From Octopus bimaculoides (Eukaryota), in the NCBI RefSeq assembly GCF_001194135.2, contig NC_068988.1:37754396-37795926 (forward strand): DNA of 41,531 nt, written 5' to 3'. Below are positions 36,174-41,531 of the stretch, one piece after another. The notes under the pieces are model-generated. The model was not told the DNA's origin. It did not search any database and saw nothing but the letters and a program-made list of their open reading frames with translations. The first letter of the stretch is position 1, and each line of letters opens with the position of its first letter. Position numbers and translations under genes: made by a program.

Positions 36174-36344
36174 CATATATATGACAGGCTTCTTTCAGTT
36201 TCCGTCTACCAAATCCACTCACAAGGCTTTGGTCGGCCCGAGGCTATAGTACAAGACATTTGCCCAAGGTGCTACGCAGCGGGAATGAACCCAGAACCAT
36301 GTGGTTGGTAAGCAAGCTACTTACCACACTGCCACTCCTGTGCC
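35931..36344 (-). mobile_element. tRNA-derived SINE family A (CORE-like centre, internal (TA/TG)n), full-length copy
   Basis: On -: A-box-like and B-box-like (GGTTCATTCC) head, CACCTTGGGCAA centre, microsatellite, tail ending GACTGAAACAAATAAAAGA. Other copies at about 232-362(-), 2063-2170(+), 6115-6514(-), 9160-9455(-), 14255-14685(+), 14701-14875(+), 15305-15470(+), 24835-24995(-), 33697-34046(+) and 36745-36895(-). Confidence 0.8.
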
Positions 36345-37823
36345 TATATATATATATATATATAGGGGAGGCAGGATAGTGCTTGTGACTTCTTTCAGGG
36401 ACCCTGAGACTAGTTTAACAAAGGAAAGAAGCTGTCCTCCAGAGACCTGGCCCAAATGCTTGTGAAAAAGTGTGAAATGCTAAAGGAATGCAAGGACCAG
36501 ATGATGGTACTAAACTAAACAGAGCAAGTTTAACACCAGAATATGGTCTGGGATGCTTTCAGCATGTTGCAAGCATTCAAGTTGGGTCTCAAGTCTAAGG
36601 ATAAGTTGATATCTTGATGTGCTGTTTATTTCTGTATCATTGCTTTCTGTAGAGTCTCTTTGGTGCAGATTTCTGCTGGTGAACAATTTTTTTGTATACT
36701 CAAGTAGATACAAGAGCTGTTGAAACATAAGTATACACATATAACAGGTTTATCTTAGTATCTGCCTACCAAGTCCACTCATAAGACTTTCATCAGCCCA
36801 AGGATATAGTAGAAGACACTTGTTCAAGATGCTGTACAGTGGGACTGAACCTAAGACCACAGTTGGAAAGCAAGCTTCCTAACCACACAGCCATGCAAAA
36901 ACAAACATTAATTGAAGAATCATTCAATACCTTATGCTTTTTTTGTTTTTCACAAAGAAAAAGAAGACAATAACTTTAAAGTTTTGTCCCAGTCTAAGAC
37001 AAAAGCAACTAATCTAAAACTTCAAAGCCACCACTAGCACTTTTCCTTGTGAAAAATATAATTAACCCTTTAGCATTTAAACTGACCATATTCAGTCCAA
37101 ACACAAACTGTTTGATGTTCAAACCAGCCAAATCTGACCACTCACATCTATACTATAGTGTCATTTTAAAAGTAAATAATGACACCACTGAAATCTCAAA
37201 ACTACAAGAAAATGCAGGATTAGTTAAAAAAACAATGTGGATAAATAAGCATCACTAAAGGGTTAATATATTCATGTGTGCATGCTTATAATCTTTTGTT
37301 ATATATTGACAAAACAATCAGTGTTCTTTGAACAATGTCAAATGTGTCAGAAACTTTTGTGTCAGTCACACCCATCAGGTATATTGTGAATCAGTGATTA
37401 TCCCATTAGAAAGCTGTAAATAATGATGTTTACAAATTGCATTAATAAAATAGCATATTCCAGTTGGTGAGCGAGCCTATATGTTGTAGCCCAACATGCA
37501 AGAAACAATAGCTAAATCTCTCTAAAATCAAACCCTATTGTCACAGAAAGAACAAACAAAATGGTCGTAGTGGCTAATGTAATCCAAGTTATACTACATT
37601 TGAGAGAAAAAATTGGTCAGGTCATTTTGATTGTACATTTGCTCAATCAGAGTTGACCTTGGGTTAAACAACATCAACAGACATACATACATACATACAC
37701 AGGTTGAATTGAATTACAAGCCAGTTTACCCTATGTGGTTTGGGCAAAATAGGAAGAAAAACAACAAAACATAAAAAATGACAACGATGATGATAAAGTC
37801 CAAGAATATGCAGGTATACGTAC

Positions 37824-39810
37824 TTGTCTGTTGAACCAAAAACTGACTGATTAAATGCAGTCATTGGAGTTGTGCTCGTCTGCCCAAAAAGACCTGTAGC
37901 CTTGGTAGAAGCTGCAGGAGATGCTGAAGCCTGCCCAAACACAGACCCAGTTTTAGACTGAGAGAACAGTGTCTTGGCTGTACTGAAGGCAGCTCCAGTG
38001 TTGCTGGCATTTGAATCATCAATACTACTAGAGCCACCAATTGCTGTATTTGCAGGTAAGCTAGCAACTTGACCAAATAGTCCAGTGCTGCTGCTGCTGC
38101 TAGAGTCTTGACAAAACAGTCCTTTGGGTAAGGGGTTACTCGTGGATGATGTAGGAAATGTGCTTTGGGTGAACAGGTTAGAAGTTTGAGTAGTTGGTGA
38201 TTTGAATGGTTCAGCAACAGTTGATGGCGTTGAAGTGTTTGTTGTCTGTACAGGTAAACCAAAAAGTGTATTGGCAACGTTGGCAAAAATACTGGCAGTG
38301 CTCCCAGAGGGCATGTTTCCTGAGACTGTTGAGACAGCAACACCTGAGGTGGGATTACTGGTACTGGCTGGAGTGTTAAAACACATTGTGAACATATTAG
38401 TTGTGGTAGCTGCAAAGGCAGTTGTGGTTGACACGGAAAACGTAGATGGTGCTGTAGCTGTCGTAGAAGCAGACGAGGCACCGAACAAAGTACTAGGAGG
38501 AGTAGGAGCAGCAGTAATTGTAGTAGAAGTAGCTGCTGTTGGAACAGTTATAGATGTGGAAGCAAGAGCTGAGAAAGTAGTAGTAGGAGCAGCAGTTGCA
38601 ATAGAAGGAACTGTAAATGAAATAGTATTAGTAGTGGTGGTTGTCATAATAGGAGTGGTAGGAGATGAAGCAGCAAGTGTTGTCGGATCAGAGATAACTA
38701 CATTAGCCACTGGTGAAGTTAGTGAGGACAAAGCTGGAGAGAGAGTTGCACTTTTTGCAGTCAATCCTGAAGGTGGCGGGAAAGTCAAAGACTCTTCAGT
38801 TTTCAGTGAAGTCAGCTTTGGAAGGTTATTCAAGGCGGAGAACACAGGCACTTCATTTGAAGTTAATGATGTTGTTGCAGGTACTGCTTGTGCAGCTGGT
38901 GCTGTAGCTACTGCAGTAGGTGCAGCAGAAACTACCTCAGTTGCCGAAGGCATTACTGCATTTTGTTTGTCAGTAGTAACCTCAGATGTGGTGCTGCCAG
39001 CAGGAGGGAACGACTTGAAAATCGATGTGGTGGGCATTGTAAATAAACCTGCAGCAGGAGAAACAGCTGCAGTGGAGGTTGTTGTCTGATGGGACTGTTG
39101 TTGCGGCAAGCTTGTACCTGTAGATTCAATTCCAGTAGAGGTTACACCAAAAGAGAAACCCTCTGTTGGAGCTTGCAAGGGGTTTTCGTTAAACATCTGT
39201 AAATTGTTCAAACACTGTGATGTAGGTATCGGCTTCAACTTAGTGGTTGCAGCTGCATTTGGAATGGACGTATTTGGTGCAACTATTTCATTAGTAGCAG
39301 TAGAAGTAGTGGTGGTGCCAACTGTAGAAGGAACAAATGAAAAAATATTCTGAGCATTTTTAGTATCTGTAGCAGCAACTGCAGTGCCAATTCCAGTATT
39401 CTCTTGAGAAAATGAAAATATTGAGTGTTTTGAAGTTGGAGCAAGTGGCTTTGAGGGATCATTAGCTGAACTGGTATTAAACTTTGAACCAGAGAATGAA
39501 AATGTTGCTGTGCTATTGCCAAATAAGCCCTTGCTAGTTGATTCCTCAGATGATTTGGGGGTGGCAAGAAGACTTCCAAGAGTTGAAGATTGTTCTGGGG
39601 GCTTGAATATTTGTGACTGTGGCTTGTTAGTATTGGCTAAAGGTGGAGATTTGGTCATTTGTGTTGTTGTAAACTGATTCACCTTGGTTGATGTAGTTGC
39701 CAAAAAGGGGGACGATGCACCAAGCTTGTCAGCAACACCAACTACATAGGGAGGATTTGCAGCAGTTGGTAATTTCTGAGCAGATTTTGAAGACTCTTCA
39801 GTTGTTGCTG
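37824..39810 (-). CDS. NUP214: NUP214-like nucleoporin, 1987-nt S/T/A/P-rich and FG-repeat exon
   Basis: Acceptor tttcttttccctaattttattacag, donor AA|gtacgt, phase 1 to 2. In frame with track ORF 37664..39703. Contains FG motifs (GLFGN, FSFG, TLFGA, TLFGL, GLFGQ, SVFGQ, SVFGS). Confidence 0.88.
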
Positions 39811-40533
39811 CTGTAATAAAATTAGGGAAAAGAAATTAAAAACAAAAATTGAAGACATCTATGAAGATATAAGTTACAGAAATGAATGTCATCATCTTTA
39901 TTTAATGCCTGTTGTCCATGTTAGCATGGGTTGGACAGATTGACCAGAGCTAGCAAGCTGGGAAGCTGCACCAGACACCAGTCTGATTTGGCATGGTTTC
40001 TATGGCTGAATGCCCTTCCTAATGCCAACCACTTCAGAGTGTGCTGAGTGCTTTTACATGGCACCACACAGGCACTTTCGCATGGTGCTGCACAGGTGAT
40101 TTTATGTGGTGCCGCACAGAAACTTTTATATGACACTGCATGGCTGCTTTTATGTGGCAGCCACACATAAATAATAAAGGTTTCTTACTAAGGTACAAAA
40201 TCAACTTCAGTTGCGAAGAAGTACAGTCACACTGATACCAGTATTATAAATGGTAACATGTACACAGATGTACATAAGACAAACAAATACACTCTCTCAT
40301 AAAACAATATGTATGCAGTGTGAGGACCTGTAGAGTAATGATATCCTTTATTTGAAAAACAGTTTAAGGGTTGGTAACAGGAAGAGGATGCAGCTGTAAT
40401 GTAAAATCCTACCTTGAATAAATCCTCTTTCAAGCCCATGCTAGTCTAGGAAAAACGAACATTAAACAAATAAGGAGAAAAAAAAGCATAGAAAAAGGAA
40501 GAAAAATACGATTAAAGGAACACCTTTACTTAC

Positions 40534-40752
40534 CGTCAGCTTGCTTCTCTTCTGCTATGTCAAGAGCTGAATATTCTTCTACATCCTCTTCCTCTTCCTC
40601 TTCTTCGTCGTCGTCTTCCTCCTCTTCCTCTTCACATTCTTCTTCGTCTTCATCGTCATCCTCGTCGTCTTCCTCTTCTACTCCAAGACAGTCATCACCT
40701 GTCACAGATTCTGCTGAGGAGATGTCTTCTAGGTTGAGGCTACTGGCATAAT
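40534..40752 (-). CDS. NUP214: NUP214-like nucleoporin, acidic exon (first exon in window; gene starts beyond the right edge)
   Basis: Acceptor cattcctttaag, donor gtaagt, 219 nt, phase 1 to 1. Reads YASSLNLEDISSAESVTGDDCLGVEEEDDEDDDEDEEECEEEEEEDDDEEEEEEDVEEYSALDIAEEKQAD and joins in frame to the next exon. Confidence 0.75.
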
Positions 40753-40857
40753 CTTAAAGGAATGACACACATGAAATGCAGTAAACATAAGGAATTTTCA
40801 ACAGAACCAACTAAAATGTACCAAAATAAAACACTACTGCTATCACTATATCATTTA

Positions 40858-41340
40858 CAACGTGGTGTCAAAAAGTTCCCTGACTAGTTCTGTAGTGCAC
40901 CAACAGATGACAGCACATGGTTGTGTGCAGGATGAGAGCTAGCAGTGACCTTCATGAGGCAGTGTCTCGAGTGACATCACTGTGTTTACTTCCAAACTTG
41001 TGAAATTTGTGTTTTTGTGGTCACATGTATACTGTACTATGTGCTTTTTGTCATGGACAGGAAGCTGAAACAAAGGGCCAATGTGAAATTTTACATTAAA
41101 CTTGGGAAGTCTGCTACAAAGACTTTGAGCATGCTTTGGCAAGCTTATGGTGATGAGGCAATGAGTCGTATGCAATGTTTTGAGTGGAACAGGTACTTCA
41201 TAAGTGGAAGAACAAGCCTGGAAGATAATGAATGACCTGGAAGACCAGCCATAAGTGCCATCCCTGGAAATGTGGAGAAAACTCACCAGCTACTGCATGA
41301 GGATCATTGGAGGATGATCAACAACATTGCTGATAATACA
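40858..41340 (+). mobile_element. mariner transposon 5' fragment (left TIR and transposase N-terminus)
   Basis: TA|CAACGTGGTGTCAAAAAGTTCC TIR-like start. ATG 41053 reads MDRKLKQRANVKFYIKLGKSATKTLSMLWQAYGDEAMSRMQCFEW..SGRTSLEDNE*PGRP; the TGA is probably a decayed CGA. Confidence 0.85.
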
Positions 41341-41531
41341 GTTCTATATTTAAGAGATGAGGAATTATTTACATTTGTTGGATATTTGTCCTCATCTTGT
41401 TTGTTGTTAACACAACGTTTCGGCTGATATACCCTCCAGCCTTCGTCAGGTGTCTTGGGGAAATTTCGAACCTGGGTTCTCATTCCTAACGATGTTACTA
41501 TTATTATTACTATTATTAATCAGGTCGCTGC
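41341..41531 (-). mobile_element. tRNA-headed SINE-like element with hammerhead motif, copy 3 (head cut by window edge)
   Basis: Same body as copies 1 and 2 and the same end (gttctatatttaagaga) as copy 1. Abuts a mariner fragment. Confidence 0.8.
41409..41454 (-). ncRNA. Predicted minimal type I hammerhead ribozyme (Penelope-type, dimer-dependent)
   Basis: On -: GACAC CUGACGA A GGCUG GAGGGUAUAU CAGCC GAAAC GUU GUGUU. Full core, 5-bp stem II, 5-bp stem I (GACAC/GUGUU with one G.U) and palindromic AACGUU in place of stem III. Structure inferred by eye; activity not shown. Confidence 0.7.

Noticed and set aside
38202-39089. 295-aa V/A/G-rich ORF on + (also 37861..38481 on -)
   Set aside because: These are an antisense shadow and an alternate frame of the low-complexity NUP214 exon. 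T/A/S/P codons give few stops on the opposite strand, and there is no independent splice or homology support.
40557-40751. Poly-Ser ORF on +
   Set aside because: It is the reverse complement of the GAA/GAC-rich acidic exon on -.
1-41531. CRISPR arrays, operons or other prokaryotic systems
   Set aside because: The window is intron-containing animal DNA. The recurring sequences are dispersed SINE, LINE and MITE copies, not regularly spaced repeat-spacer arrays.

Overview
Eukaryotic, AT-rich, repeat-dense DNA with four N-gaps. The SINE, RTE and microsatellite content looks like an octopus (coleoid cephalopod) genome; this is an inference. Two partial protein-coding genes face each other tail-to-tail. 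On + is the last coding exon of a FAM78-family gene (9856-10435). On - is the 3' part of an FG-repeat nucleoporin best matching NUP214: nine exons from 40752 down to the stop at 22707, all with AG/GT splice sites and matching phases, including a 1987-nt exon, a D/E-rich exon and a 25-nt microexon. The rest is introns and intergenic DNA filled with tRNA-derived SINEs, RTE LINE fragments, piggyBac-like and hAT MITEs, and Tc1/mariner fossils. Main leads: (1) a tRNA-headed SINE-like element, three copies, carrying a Penelope-type minimal hammerhead ribozyme motif, intact in one copy; (2) the convergent FAM78-NUP214 pair, which matches the human 9q34 arrangement; (3) a candidate alternative or poison terminal exon of NUP214. 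Most ORFs in the supplied track are microsatellite, N-gap or antisense artefacts.
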